Shown here: one piece after another, positions 28,997-37,780 of the stretch
How the letters are laid out: each line of letters opens with the position of its first letter
Numbering within the stretch: the stretch's first letter is position 1
DNA from: Spirochaetia bacterium
Lineage (GTDB): Bacteria; Spirochaetota; Spirochaetia; SZUA-6; Bin103
Direction of reading: 5' to 3'
Assembly: GCA_965203905.1 (NCBI GenBank)
Contig: CBDBDQ010000005.1
Location: 5,184,001-5,248,000, forward strand
DNA length: 64,000 bases
The notes under the pieces: generated by a model
What the model saw: only the letters and a program-made list of their open reading frames with translations
Told to the model about the DNA's origin: nothing
The model's database searches: none
Translations under genes and position numbers: made by a program

Positions 28997-29037
28997 GCGT
29001 CAGCGGCTGCGTACGGATAGTACGCAGCCGCTGACGC
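28997..29037 (+). terminator. Perfect 18-bp inverted repeat after the SBP gene
   Basis: GCGTCAGCGGCTGCGTAC-GGATA-GTACGCAGCCGCTGACGC, no U-tract. Confidence 0.65.
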
Positions 29038-29099
29038 GGGCCCATTGGTGTCCAGAGTCCCACCGTCCCTGCGCCGCGCACGCCGGCAACAAAGCTGAT

Positions 29100-30107
29100 A
29101 TGTCTGTCAAGTACGTCCTCAATCGGTTTCTGTACATGGTGGTGACGCTCTTCCTGCTGTCAGCAGCCGTGTTCGCCATCATCCAGCTCCCGGAGGGGGA
29201 CTACGCAGATTTTGTCGTCAACAGCGTGCGGACGGCAGGTACCAATACGGTGTTGGATGCGGAACAGGAGGCGCTGATCCGCGCCCGTTACGGTCTGGAC
29301 AGACCGCTGATCGTTCAGTACTTCAGCTGGCTCGGAAACGTGCTCAAAGGTGACTTCGGCCGCTCGTTCTACTGGCAGCAGCCGGTAAGCGAATTGATCG
29401 GGGAGCGCATCGCCCTCACGGCGACGATTTCCTTTATCACCATTATTCTGGTGTACGCCGTCGCGATACCCATCGGTATCTACTCCGCCACCCACCAATA
29501 CTCGGTTGGCGACTATGCCTTTACGACGCTGGGGTTTGTGGGTCTGGCGACACCCAACTTCCTGCTGGCACTGATCTTCATGTGGCTGGCATTTCGTTAC
29601 CTCGGGTGGAACATCACCGGGCTCTTTTCCACTCGTTTCAGCGATGCACCGTGGAGCTTTGCCAAAGTCATCGACATGCTGAAACATCTCCCGGCGCCGG
29701 TGCTCATACTGGCGACTGCCGGTACCGCGTCAATCATCCGCGTCTTTCGTGGATCGCTCCTGGACGAACTGCGCAAGCAGTACGTGATCACAGCGCGGGC
29801 CAAGGGGGCGCCCGAACGCTCGCTGCTGTTCAAATATCCCGTGCGCGTGGCACTCAACCCGATCGTGGCCTCCCTCGGCGGCCTGCTTCCGTTCCTGCTT
29901 TCCGGCTCAGCCCTGACCTCTATTGTGCTGGCGCTTCCTACGACGGGACCCATGCTGCTGAATGCGCTGTTAAGACAGGACATGCTGTTGGCAGCCGGTT
30001 TTCTGTTGATGTTGGGGGCGCTCGGTATCATCGGCGTGTTTATTTCGGACCTGCTGCTGGTGGCCGCTGATCCACGGATCCGGTTCGAGAAGAAGGCGGC
30101 AGGGTGA
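29100..30107 (+). CDS. ABC permease DppB/OppB-like
   Basis: LATPNFLLAL, KQYVITARAKG, ADPRIRFE. Confidence 0.93.
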   Translation: MSVKYVLNRFLYMVVTLFLLSAAVFAIIQLPEGDYADFVVNSVRTAGTNTVLDAEQEALIRARYGLDRPLIVQYFSWLGNVLKGDFGRSFYWQQPVSELIGERIALTATISFITIILVYAVAIPIGIYSATHQYSVGDYAFTTLGFVGLATPNFLLALIFMWLAFRYLGWNITGLFSTRFSDAPWSFAKVIDMLKHLPAPVLILATAGTASIIRVFRGSLLDELRKQYVITARAKGAPERSLLFKYPVRVALNPIVASLGGLLPFLLSGSALTSIVLALPTTGPMLLNALLRQDMLLAAGFLLMLGALGIIGVFISDLLLVAADPRIRFEKKAAG

Positions 30108-31237
30108 ACAAACCGGATCAGATCATCACCGCCGGGCGGCAGGAAACTGCTGAGCAGGAGAAACACTACGCGGCGTCCAGCTGGACGCTGATGAGGCGGA
30201 AGTTCTTCAAGCATAAGCTCGCTCTGGTGGGGCTTACCGGGCTCGCTGTGCTCTATCTCGTCGCTGCATTTGCCGGCTTCTTCTCCGTCTGGGGCACCTT
30301 TCAGCGCAGCTCGGATCATGTTTTTGCACCGCCGACACGGGTCAGGATCTTTCACGACGGCAGGCTCGTCCGGCCCTTTGTCTATGGGCTTGTGCCCGGC
30401 AGGGATCCTGAGACGCTGCGCAAATTGTTCGAGATAGACGAGTCTCAGGTCTATCCCATTCGCCTCTTCGTCCGCGGGGAGGAGGAGTACAAGCTGCTGG
30501 GTTTGTTCCCTGCTCGCACGCGCCTCTTCGGTGTGGATGAGCCGGGCAAGCTGTACCTGTTCGGTGCAGATCACCTTGGTCGTGACGTGTACTCCCGTAT
30601 TCTCACCGGCGCCAGGGTGTCGCTTTCGGTGGGACTCGTGGGAGTGGCGCTGAGCTTTGTGATCGGCGCTATCCTTGGAGGAATCTCCGGGTTCTTCGGA
30701 GGAACGGTGGATCTGCTCATCCAGCGCCTCATCGAGTTCCTGCAGTCGCTGCCGCAGATTCCGCTGTGGATGGCCCTCGCCGCGGCCGTGCCCCCGCGCT
30801 TCCCGCCGGTGCGGTTGTACTTCCTCGTGACCGTCATTCTCTCCATCGTCAGCTGGACCGAGCTCGCGCGGGTTGTTCGCAGCAAGATCATCCAGCTGCG
30901 GGAGGAGGACTACGTGGTTGCGGCGCGGATTGCCGCTGCCAATGAGCGGCGTATCATCACCCGGCATCTGTTGCCGGGATTCATGAGCTACCTGATCGTC
31001 AGCTTAACCCTTGCGGTTCCGAGCATGATCCTTGGGGAGACGGCGCTGAGCTTCATCGGCGTGGGCTTGAGACCTCCGGTAGTGAGCTGGGGAGTCCTGC
31101 TGAACCAGGCGCAGAACTTCCGCGCCGTTGCCCTTCATCCCTGGCTGTTGATGCCGGGTCTGTTCGTGGTGGTGACGGTGCTGCTGTTCAATTTCATGGG
31201 CGATGGGCTCCGGGATGCAGCCGACCCCTATCATTGA
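30104..31237 (+). CDS. ABC permease DppC/OppC-like
   Basis: GADHLGRD, REEDYV, GDGLRDAADPY. Confidence 0.93.
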   Translation: MNKPDQIITAGRQETAEQEKHYAASSWTLMRRKFFKHKLALVGLTGLAVLYLVAAFAGFFSVWGTFQRSSDHVFAPPTRVRIFHDGRLVRPFVYGLVPGRDPETLRKLFEIDESQVYPIRLFVRGEEEYKLLGLFPARTRLFGVDEPGKLYLFGADHLGRDVYSRILTGARVSLSVGLVGVALSFVIGAILGGISGFFGGTVDLLIQRLIEFLQSLPQIPLWMALAAAVPPRFPPVRLYFLVTVILSIVSWTELARVVRSKIIQLREEDYVVAARIAAANERRIITRHLLPGFMSYLIVSLTLAVPSMILGETALSFIGVGLRPPVVSWGVLLNQAQNFRAVALHPWLLMPGLFVVVTVLLFNFMGDGLRDAADPYH

Positions 31238-31311
31238 GGCCAGTCGCCCAGTCGCCCAGTCGACTGGGTGATCATCATGTAGAACGCTCGGGGCACCACG
31301 TACGCGGTCAT
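31231..31311 (-). pseudogene. 5' stub of a DppB permease (paralog of 22944-23945)
   Basis: MTAYVVPRAFYMMIT vs MTAYVVRRLFYMAIT; similarity ends at ~31267. Confidence 0.75.
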
Positions 31312-31361
31312 TTCGAGGCCCGCGCGTGCGGGCCTCCTGCAGCGATGGTCGCCTGAATTGG

Positions 31362-33377
31362 TTATTGCTTGATGTACCACTGGTCGGGCTTGACGTCGCG
31401 GAGAGAATGCGCGTCGTCGCCGGCGAACCGAACGTCGCGCGGAAAGTTGCCCAAGTGGTTGCTCACCACGATCGGCACCGGGGCATAGCCGACCGTGCCG
31501 ATCAGCAGCACCTGCTCGGAGGCGAAGTCGAACAACTGCGTGGCGATGCGGTCGCGCTCGGCCTTGTCGGCCGTGATGTACCACTGGTCGGCCAGCTTGA
31601 AGAACTCCTTGAACGCGTCGGGCGGCTCCTCGCCCTGCTCGCCGCCGGATTGGTGCCAAGCCCACCACTGGGTGGCGTACCAGCCGTCGTTGGAGGTGAA
31701 CTTGTTGGACGGCAGATAGCCCTTGCTCGCGTTGGTGCGGCGCAGGAACCACACGGAAACGTCGTAGTCGTTGGTGGTCAGCCGCTCCACTACCAGGTCG
31801 ATGCTGTACGAGCGCGGGTCCACCTTGACGCCCACGTCCCCCCAGTACTCGGCCACCAGCTCGCTGATCGCCACGTGGCTCGGCCACTCCAGCGGGATTA
31901 CTATCTGGGCCGTCAGCAGCTCGCCGTCGGGGCGCAGGCGGAAACCGTCGCCGCCACGCTCAAGGCCCATTTCGTCGAGCAGCCGGTTGGCGGTATCGGG
32001 GTCGTACTCCGCGTAGCGGGTCGCCCACTCCTCCTTGTAGAAGGAGTTCTCCGGGTCCATCGCCGCCTGCCGCGGAACCGCCAGCCCGAAGAACAGCACC
32101 TTGTTGATCTCCTCGCGGTCGATCGCCAGCGACATCGCCTGCCGGAAGCGCACGTCCTGGAAAACCTCGCGCTGCACCGGGTCCTGGTGCGTGAGGTTGA
32201 AGGCATAGAAGCTCTCCGCTCCCGCGGCGCGCGGCCACATCAGCGTCTCGTAGTCGCCCGATTCCTCGTTCTCCTTGAACAGCGGGAAGTCGGGAGTGGA
32301 CAGTCCGATGGCGGCCACCGACAGCTCGCCGGAGATCACCTTCAGATTGAGGGTCTCGGCGTCCGCCACGGTCTCCACCCGCAGGCGGTCGATGTAGGGG
32401 AGCTGGTTGCCGGCCGGGTCGATGGCGAAGTGGTAGGGATTGCGTACGTGGAGCACGTAGGTGGTGGTGATCTCCTCGTGGTTCCAGGGATTGACGCTCG
32501 GAGTGTTCAGGTCCCCGACCCGAAAGTCGCTGGTGCTGGCCTGTTTCGCCCACACCGCCTGCACCCAACTGTCGTAGCCTTCCTCCTTGGCCAGGGCGTC
32601 GGCGTTCTCGTTGTACTTGGCGTGGTACTTGGAGAGGTAGTGCTTGGGATAGGAGTGAGGCTGCCAGCCGCCCCAGAACTCGTACCAGCCCGGCAGCGTC
32701 GGGAACGGATCGGTGTAGTGCAGCCGCACCGTGAAGTCGTCCACCTTCTCGGCGTGCGACATCGGTCCCCAGCCGCTGCGATGCCAGCCGGACGGGAACT
32801 CGTCGATGAGTATGAAGTCCTCGAACGAGAACATCACGTCGTCCGCGGTGTAGGGGTGGCCATCGGACCACTTCATGCCGCGCCGCAGGTACATGGTGAC
32901 CGTCTTCTGGTCTTCCGACATCTCCCAGCCCTTGTGGGCATAGGGCACGATGTCGATCGGGCTTCCCGGACCGCGGTTGGCGGTCTGCACGGCGCCGGCC
33001 AGCCCGCGGATCGGCGTCAACTCGGTGTACTCGGTACCGATCGCGGCCGCCTTGAGGGTGCCGCCGTAGGTGCCGGTGCCCTCGAACACGTTGAACACCA
33101 GCGGTTCTTCGGGCAGCCGTTCCTCGACCGGAGGCAGATCTCCCGCCTGCACCATCGCCGCCAGCATCGGGGCCTCGCCGAACGAGGTGATCGTCTGGCC
33201 GGTGTCGCGCTCGAAGTCGGCCAGCGTATCCCACTGCCATACGTCGCCGTACTCGGACATCATCTCCGCCGCCGCGGATCCCTGCGCCCCCGACTCCACC
33301 TCGCCGCTCGCGAACGCGACTGCCGCCGCCACGCAAACCGCGAGTGCGACCAGGACCAGTTGCCCAATCTTTCTCAT
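31362..33377 (-). CDS. ABC family-5 solute-binding protein (671 aa), paralog 2
   Basis: Colinear with 24016-26031, with long identical stretches. Confidence 0.93.
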   Translation of the reverse strand: MRKIGQLVLVALAVCVAAAVAFASGEVESGAQGSAAAEMMSEYGDVWQWDTLADFERDTGQTITSFGEAPMLAAMVQAGDLPPVEERLPEEPLVFNVFEGTGTYGGTLKAAAIGTEYTELTPIRGLAGAVQTANRGPGSPIDIVPYAHKGWEMSEDQKTVTMYLRRGMKWSDGHPYTADDVMFSFEDFILIDEFPSGWHRSGWGPMSHAEKVDDFTVRLHYTDPFPTLPGWYEFWGGWQPHSYPKHYLSKYHAKYNENADALAKEEGYDSWVQAVWAKQASTSDFRVGDLNTPSVNPWNHEEITTTYVLHVRNPYHFAIDPAGNQLPYIDRLRVETVADAETLNLKVISGELSVAAIGLSTPDFPLFKENEESGDYETLMWPRAAGAESFYAFNLTHQDPVQREVFQDVRFRQAMSLAIDREEINKVLFFGLAVPRQAAMDPENSFYKEEWATRYAEYDPDTANRLLDEMGLERGGDGFRLRPDGELLTAQIVIPLEWPSHVAISELVAEYWGDVGVKVDPRSYSIDLVVERLTTNDYDVSVWFLRRTNASKGYLPSNKFTSNDGWYATQWWAWHQSGGEQGEEPPDAFKEFFKLADQWYITADKAERDRIATQLFDFASEQVLLIGTVGYAPVPIVVSNHLGNFPRDVRFAGDDAHSLRDVKPDQWYIKQ

Positions 33378-33412
33378 GAAGGATTCTCCTTAATCTGGAA
33401 GAGATCCGCGAA

Positions 33413-33440
33413 AGTGTAGCCCGTCGCCCCCCGCTGTCAA
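33413..33440 (-). promoter_or_regulatory. sigma70 promoter of SBP paralog 2
   Basis: TTGACA-16 nt-TACACT, homologous to 26068-26096. Confidence 0.55.
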
Positions 33441-33729
33441 CCACCGCGGCGCGCGCTCTCTCTCCTTGTTGCCGCGTTCTCGATGCCGCCGAGCGCGTAC
33501 CACCACCATGCCGTGCTCGGCCAAGTGCGGGTCAGCGCGGTATGATCTTCGGTATGGAGATTACATCGACACGCGCCAACCGACCGTTCCATGCTCGGCC
33601 GGCGCGTTCGCTGCGACGTGCGGCGGTCAGGCTCGGGATTGCGGACCGCTGGGTCGACGGTCCTTCCGACAGCCGGTTGCGCGCACGACAGCAACCAGGG
33701 AGAGCTGCACGGATGGTGAGGTCCGGAAC

Positions 33730-36432
33730 ATGAGAATACTGCTGGTCGACGACGATGCAGCCGGTGCGGCGGAACTGCAGGATTGCCTGCACGGTCTCGG
33801 GTACGAGGTATGCGCAACCGTGTCATGCGCGCGGTCAGCCGTGCGGAGCGCCGCGGAGCTGGCTCCTGATCTGGCCTTGATCGAATCCCGACTCACGACC
33901 GCCAGCACGGGGTTCGAGATTGCCGAACAGATCACGCAGCGGTGTGACATTCCGGTCGTGTACCTGGTTGACGACGTGGATGAGAGCCTGCTGCAGCGCA
34001 ACCCGAACCCGGGTGCGTACGGCTACGTCCTGAAACCGTTCGACAAACTACAGCTCCAGCTCAATCTGGTCACCGCGCTGGCCATGCACGAGCGGGTCGG
34101 AATGCTGCGCGGGGCCAGCGCCGGAGCGGTGGCCCCGCGCGTCCTGCCTGACCACGAGCGGGATCTGAACGACGAGTCCACCGGCGCACTCGACGAGCTG
34201 AAGCGGTCGCCGGAGTCGTTGGAAACGCTGTTCAACACCGATGCCGAAGGCGTCGTCATGATCGGCAACGACGAGTTGCAACAGGCGAAGGGCAACCTTG
34301 GTAGTCAAACGCGCCTGATGGAGACCGTGTTCAACAGTATCAGTGAAGCCGTGGCGGTTGCCGACCTGGACGGCAACTTGGTGTTCGCCAATCCGGCCTC
34401 GCGACGTCTCTTCGGCAGGCAGACCCGGCGTTTCGGGCATACCCAATGGGACGGTGGATTCGGCATTTTTTGGCCCGACACGAAGACCCCCGCAGCCCCC
34501 GAGGAGTTGCCGCTGACGCGCGCCATGCAGGGCGAACCCACCGACGCGGTGGAATTGTTCGTGCGCACCGTACAGAACCCGGACGGGCGTTTCATCAGTA
34601 TCAACGGAAGACCGCTGAGGGACGAGTCGGGTACGCCGACCGGCGGGGTTTGCGTGACCCGAGACATCACCGACCTCAAGCGGGCCGAGGAGCAGTTACG
34701 CCGCACGATCGACCGACTGGAAGACCAGACTCAGCTCATGAAGACGGTCTTCGACAGTATCAGCGATGGGGTGATCGTGGTCGATGAGCACGGCAGGTAC
34801 CTGCTCTACAATCCGGGGGCGGAACGCATCATGGGCATGCCCGCGCAGTCGGTCGCGATCGAGCAGCGGACTGAGACGTATGGCATCTACCGTTCCGATG
34901 GCGTGACCATGGTGCCCGCCGAAGAGTTGCCGCTGACCCGTGCGAGGCGCGGCGAATTCACTGACAACGTGGAACTATTCATTCGCAACAACAAGATGCC
35001 CGACGGCCGTGCCATCAGTGCCAGCGGGCGCCCGCTGCGCGACCAGAGCGGCACTATACGGGGTGGAGTTGTGGTGTTCCGCGACATTACCGAGATCAAG
35101 CAGAAGGAAAGTGAATTGAAGCGCACCGCGGCGGTCCTGCGATCCGAGCGGCAGTTCATGAAGACCGTCTTCGACAGCATCAGCGATGGCGTGATGGCGG
35201 TCGACGAAGATGGCAGGTTCCGCATTATCAACCCAAGCGCAAGACGGATCGCGGGTATCACCACAGTGGCTATCGGATCGGATCGATGGACCGACGAGTA
35301 TGGATTCTTTTTCCCCGACGGCGTGTCCCGCATGCCCGCCGACGAACTGCCGTTGATTCGTGCCATCCGCGGCCAGGAGTCGGACGACGTCGAGATGTTC
35401 GTACGTAATCGAGAGGTTCCCAATGGAGTCTTCATCAGTGTCAGCGGGAGACCACTAAAGAGCGAAACCGGCACTCCGCAAGGTGCCGTGATCGTGTTCC
35501 ATGATGTCACCGAGCGTGTTCGCGCGCAGGATGCGTTGACCCGCGCGTTCTCCGAAGGGCGCTTGGAGGTCATGGAAACGATACTGCACAACATCGGCAA
35601 CGCCATCAACAGCGTCTCGATCGGCCTCGGTACCATTCGTGAACAGGTGCTGCACAATGCTCTCAGCAGCCAACTCACGGCGGTTGCCGAGGCCCTGAAG
35701 GAGCATCAGGACGACTGGATCACGTATCTCGAAAGGGATCCGCAGGGCGCCAATGTGATTCCGTTCCTGATTGCTCTGGCGCACGACTTGAGGGTACAGA
35801 ATGAGCGCTTGGCGAGCACGGTGAGACGCGTCGAAGGCCGCGTCGAGCACATCGTCGACATCATCCGTACGCAACGTTCGGTTGAGTTTGGAAGCATGGA
35901 CCACAAGGACGTCAGTGTGGCCGCGACCATCGGCGACACCGTCCAGTTGCTGGGGGAGGCGCTGAGCAACAGAGGGATCGCGGTTCGCGTTGATTGCAGC
36001 CGTGCACCGCAACAGATCAGGGTCCGTGAGAGCAAGTTCCATCAGATGCTGGTGAATCTCATCAAGAACGCAATTGAAGCCATCGACGAGCGTGCCGAGT
36101 CGGAGCTGTCGAGAGTAGTACCGGAGATCAATATCGTGACCTACGTAGAGGACAGGTTTCTGGTGGTTGACGTGGCCGACAACGGAATCGGTATCGACTC
36201 GAAACGACTCAACGTCATTTTCACCGCGGGCTACTCGACCAAGCGCAGAGGCACCGGGCTGGGCCTCCATACGGCCGCGAATTTCATCATTGGGTCGGGT
36301 GGGAAAATCGTTCCGCTCAGCGACGGGATCGGTACCGGGACCACCATGCGCGTCATGTTGCGCCTGTCGTCGGTGTTGCCCGGGGCGCGGGCGGCGGACG
36401 GTACCGATCGGTCCCGTGGCGAGAGCTACTAG
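33730..36432 (+). CDS. Cytoplasmic hybrid sensor kinase: receiver, 3 PAS domains, HisKA/HATPase
   Basis: MRILLVDDD...YVLKPF; three (TVFxSISxxV...RDIT/HDVT) PAS repeats; H-box ILHNIGNAINS; NLIKNAIEA, DNGIG, GTGLGL. Confidence 0.9.
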   Translation: MRILLVDDDAAGAAELQDCLHGLGYEVCATVSCARSAVRSAAELAPDLALIESRLTTASTGFEIAEQITQRCDIPVVYLVDDVDESLLQRNPNPGAYGYVLKPFDKLQLQLNLVTALAMHERVGMLRGASAGAVAPRVLPDHERDLNDESTGALDELKRSPESLETLFNTDAEGVVMIGNDELQQAKGNLGSQTRLMETVFNSISEAVAVADLDGNLVFANPASRRLFGRQTRRFGHTQWDGGFGIFWPDTKTPAAPEELPLTRAMQGEPTDAVELFVRTVQNPDGRFISINGRPLRDESGTPTGGVCVTRDITDLKRAEEQLRRTIDRLEDQTQLMKTVFDSISDGVIVVDEHGRYLLYNPGAERIMGMPAQSVAIEQRTETYGIYRSDGVTMVPAEELPLTRARRGEFTDNVELFIRNNKMPDGRAISASGRPLRDQSGTIRGGVVVFRDITEIKQKESELKRTAAVLRSERQFMKTVFDSISDGVMAVDEDGRFRIINPSARRIAGITTVAIGSDRWTDEYGFFFPDGVSRMPADELPLIRAIRGQESDDVEMFVRNREVPNGVFISVSGRPLKSETGTPQGAVIVFHDVTERVRAQDALTRAFSEGRLEVMETILHNIGNAINSVSIGLGTIREQVLHNALSSQLTAVAEALKEHQDDWITYLERDPQGANVIPFLIALAHDLRVQNERLASTVRRVEGRVEHIVDIIRTQRSVEFGSMDHKDVSVAATIGDTVQLLGEALSNRGIAVRVDCSRAPQQIRVRESKFHQMLVNLIKNAIEAIDERAESELSRVVPEINIVTYVEDRFLVVDVADNGIGIDSKRLNVIFTAGYSTKRRGTGLGLHTAANFIIGSGGKIVPLSDGIGTGTTMRVMLRLSSVLPGARAADGTDRSRGESY

Positions 36433-37328
36433 TCGAGGCGGTAGATGCGCACCGCGTTGTCGTGGAACAGCCTGGCGCGCTCGGTTTCCGAGTAGTCGCG
36501 GGTAATCTCGGAGAACGCCTCCCAGAGCGCGTCGTAGCTGCTCATCAGGCTCTCGACCGGGAAGTTGCTGGCGAACATGCAGCGGTCGACGCCGAAGTAC
36601 TCAATGGTCTGCTCCACGAACGGGCGTATCGAGCCGGTGGTCCAGCCGCGGTCGAACATGCACAGGCCGGAAATCTTGACGGCAACGTTGGGGGCCGCCG
36701 CCAGCTCGCGCATGCCCCGGCGCCACCCCGCCAGGTAGTCGGGGTCGAACAGGCGCGGCATGCCCGTGTGGTTGAGGATCATCTGAATGTCGTCGAAGTC
36801 CGCGGCCAGATGCGCGGCATCGGCCATTTGCTGCCACCAGAGCTGCAGGTCGAAGGAGAGTCCGTGCGCCCGCAGCCGGGCGTAGCCCGCGCGCCACGCC
36901 GGGTCCTGCATCAGGTCGCCGCGCGCGGCGAAGCAGAACCGCGGCGTATCGGGCTCGAAGTTCAGCATGTCGCGGATGCCGCGCATGTTGGCGTGCGCGC
37001 AGTGCCGTTCCAGCACCCCGTCGACATCGGGCGCCGCCAAGTCGGCGTAGGCCACGATGCCGCTCGGCAGCCCGCCGGAGGCGGGATCGTCGGCCACCGC
37101 CTGCAACCACGCGGTCTCCGCCACCGGATCGGCGTGGTCCACCTCCGCCTGCACGTGCACCGACTTGACCAGCTCCAGCCGAACGGCGTCGGCGCGAAAG
37201 TCGCCGATCAGGTAGTTGCGGCGGATCGCCGCGTAATCGCCCATCGGATGGTCGATCGGCTCGGCCAGCCACGGGTAGTGCAACTTGCCCAGGTCCCACA
37301 GGTGATGATGCGCGTCTACGATCTGCAT
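36429..37328 (-). CDS. Amidohydrolase_2 family protein (sugar lactonase-like)
   Basis: IVDAHHHLWD, VHVQAE, LNHTGMP, VKISG, FASNFPV. Confidence 0.88.
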   Translation of the reverse strand: MQIVDAHHHLWDLGKLHYPWLAEPIDHPMGDYAAIRRNYLIGDFRADAVRLELVKSVHVQAEVDHADPVAETAWLQAVADDPASGGLPSGIVAYADLAAPDVDGVLERHCAHANMRGIRDMLNFEPDTPRFCFAARGDLMQDPAWRAGYARLRAHGLSFDLQLWWQQMADAAHLAADFDDIQMILNHTGMPRLFDPDYLAGWRRGMRELAAAPNVAVKISGLCMFDRGWTTGSIRPFVEQTIEYFGVDRCMFASNFPVESLMSSYDALWEAFSEITRDYSETERARLFHDNAVRIYRLD

Positions 37329-37651
37329 GGTGGGCCCATGATAGGGGCTGGGCGGGACCTGGTCACCCGTGGTCGGCGGCACCGAGCGGCACCGGCACCA
37401 CTGGCCTGCAGACAAGTGCCGTCCGATCCGGCAGTCAGCGCAGCGGCCGTCAGAGTCTGCTCAGCAGCCTCGATCAGCGTGACTGCCTGCGCGCGAGAGA
37501 CACTCGGATACGCGTCAAGGAACTCGTCCAGACTGTCGCCCGCTGCCAGGAATTCGAAGAGGATGCGGACGGGGACGCGAGTTCCCCTGAATACCGGAGT
37601 ACCGCGCAGGATCCTGGCGTTGGAATGCATCACACGAGCAACCTCGAGCAT
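37316..37651 (-). CDS. DUF433 antitoxin-like protein (orphan)
   Basis: ILRGTPVFRGTRVPVRILFEFLAAGDSLDEFLDAYPSV; upstream TATACT -10. Confidence 0.8.
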   Translation of the reverse strand: MLEVARVMHSNARILRGTPVFRGTRVPVRILFEFLAAGDSLDEFLDAYPSVSRAQAVTLIEAAEQTLTAAALTAGSDGTCLQASGAGAARCRRPRVTRSRPAPIMGPPCRS

Positions 37652-37780
37652 GGGGTGATTCCAGAGTGAGTATACCCAAGAATGATCGATCGGACGCTGT
37701 AGCCGTCGGCGACGGTGAAGGGTTTTTGCCAGAGCGTTGCGGCGTCCCGCGGAGACCGGACGGCGACGGAGAAGCTGGCT

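Noticed and set aside
24016-33377. Diversity-generating retroelement explaining the SBP paralog differences
   Set aside because: There is no reverse transcriptase, both copies are whole genes, and the differences do not look adenine-specific.
33466-33729. N-terminal extensions in the ORF track (33466, 18119, 19624, 26739, 58527, 63941)
   Set aside because: Family homology and RBS positions point to later starts.
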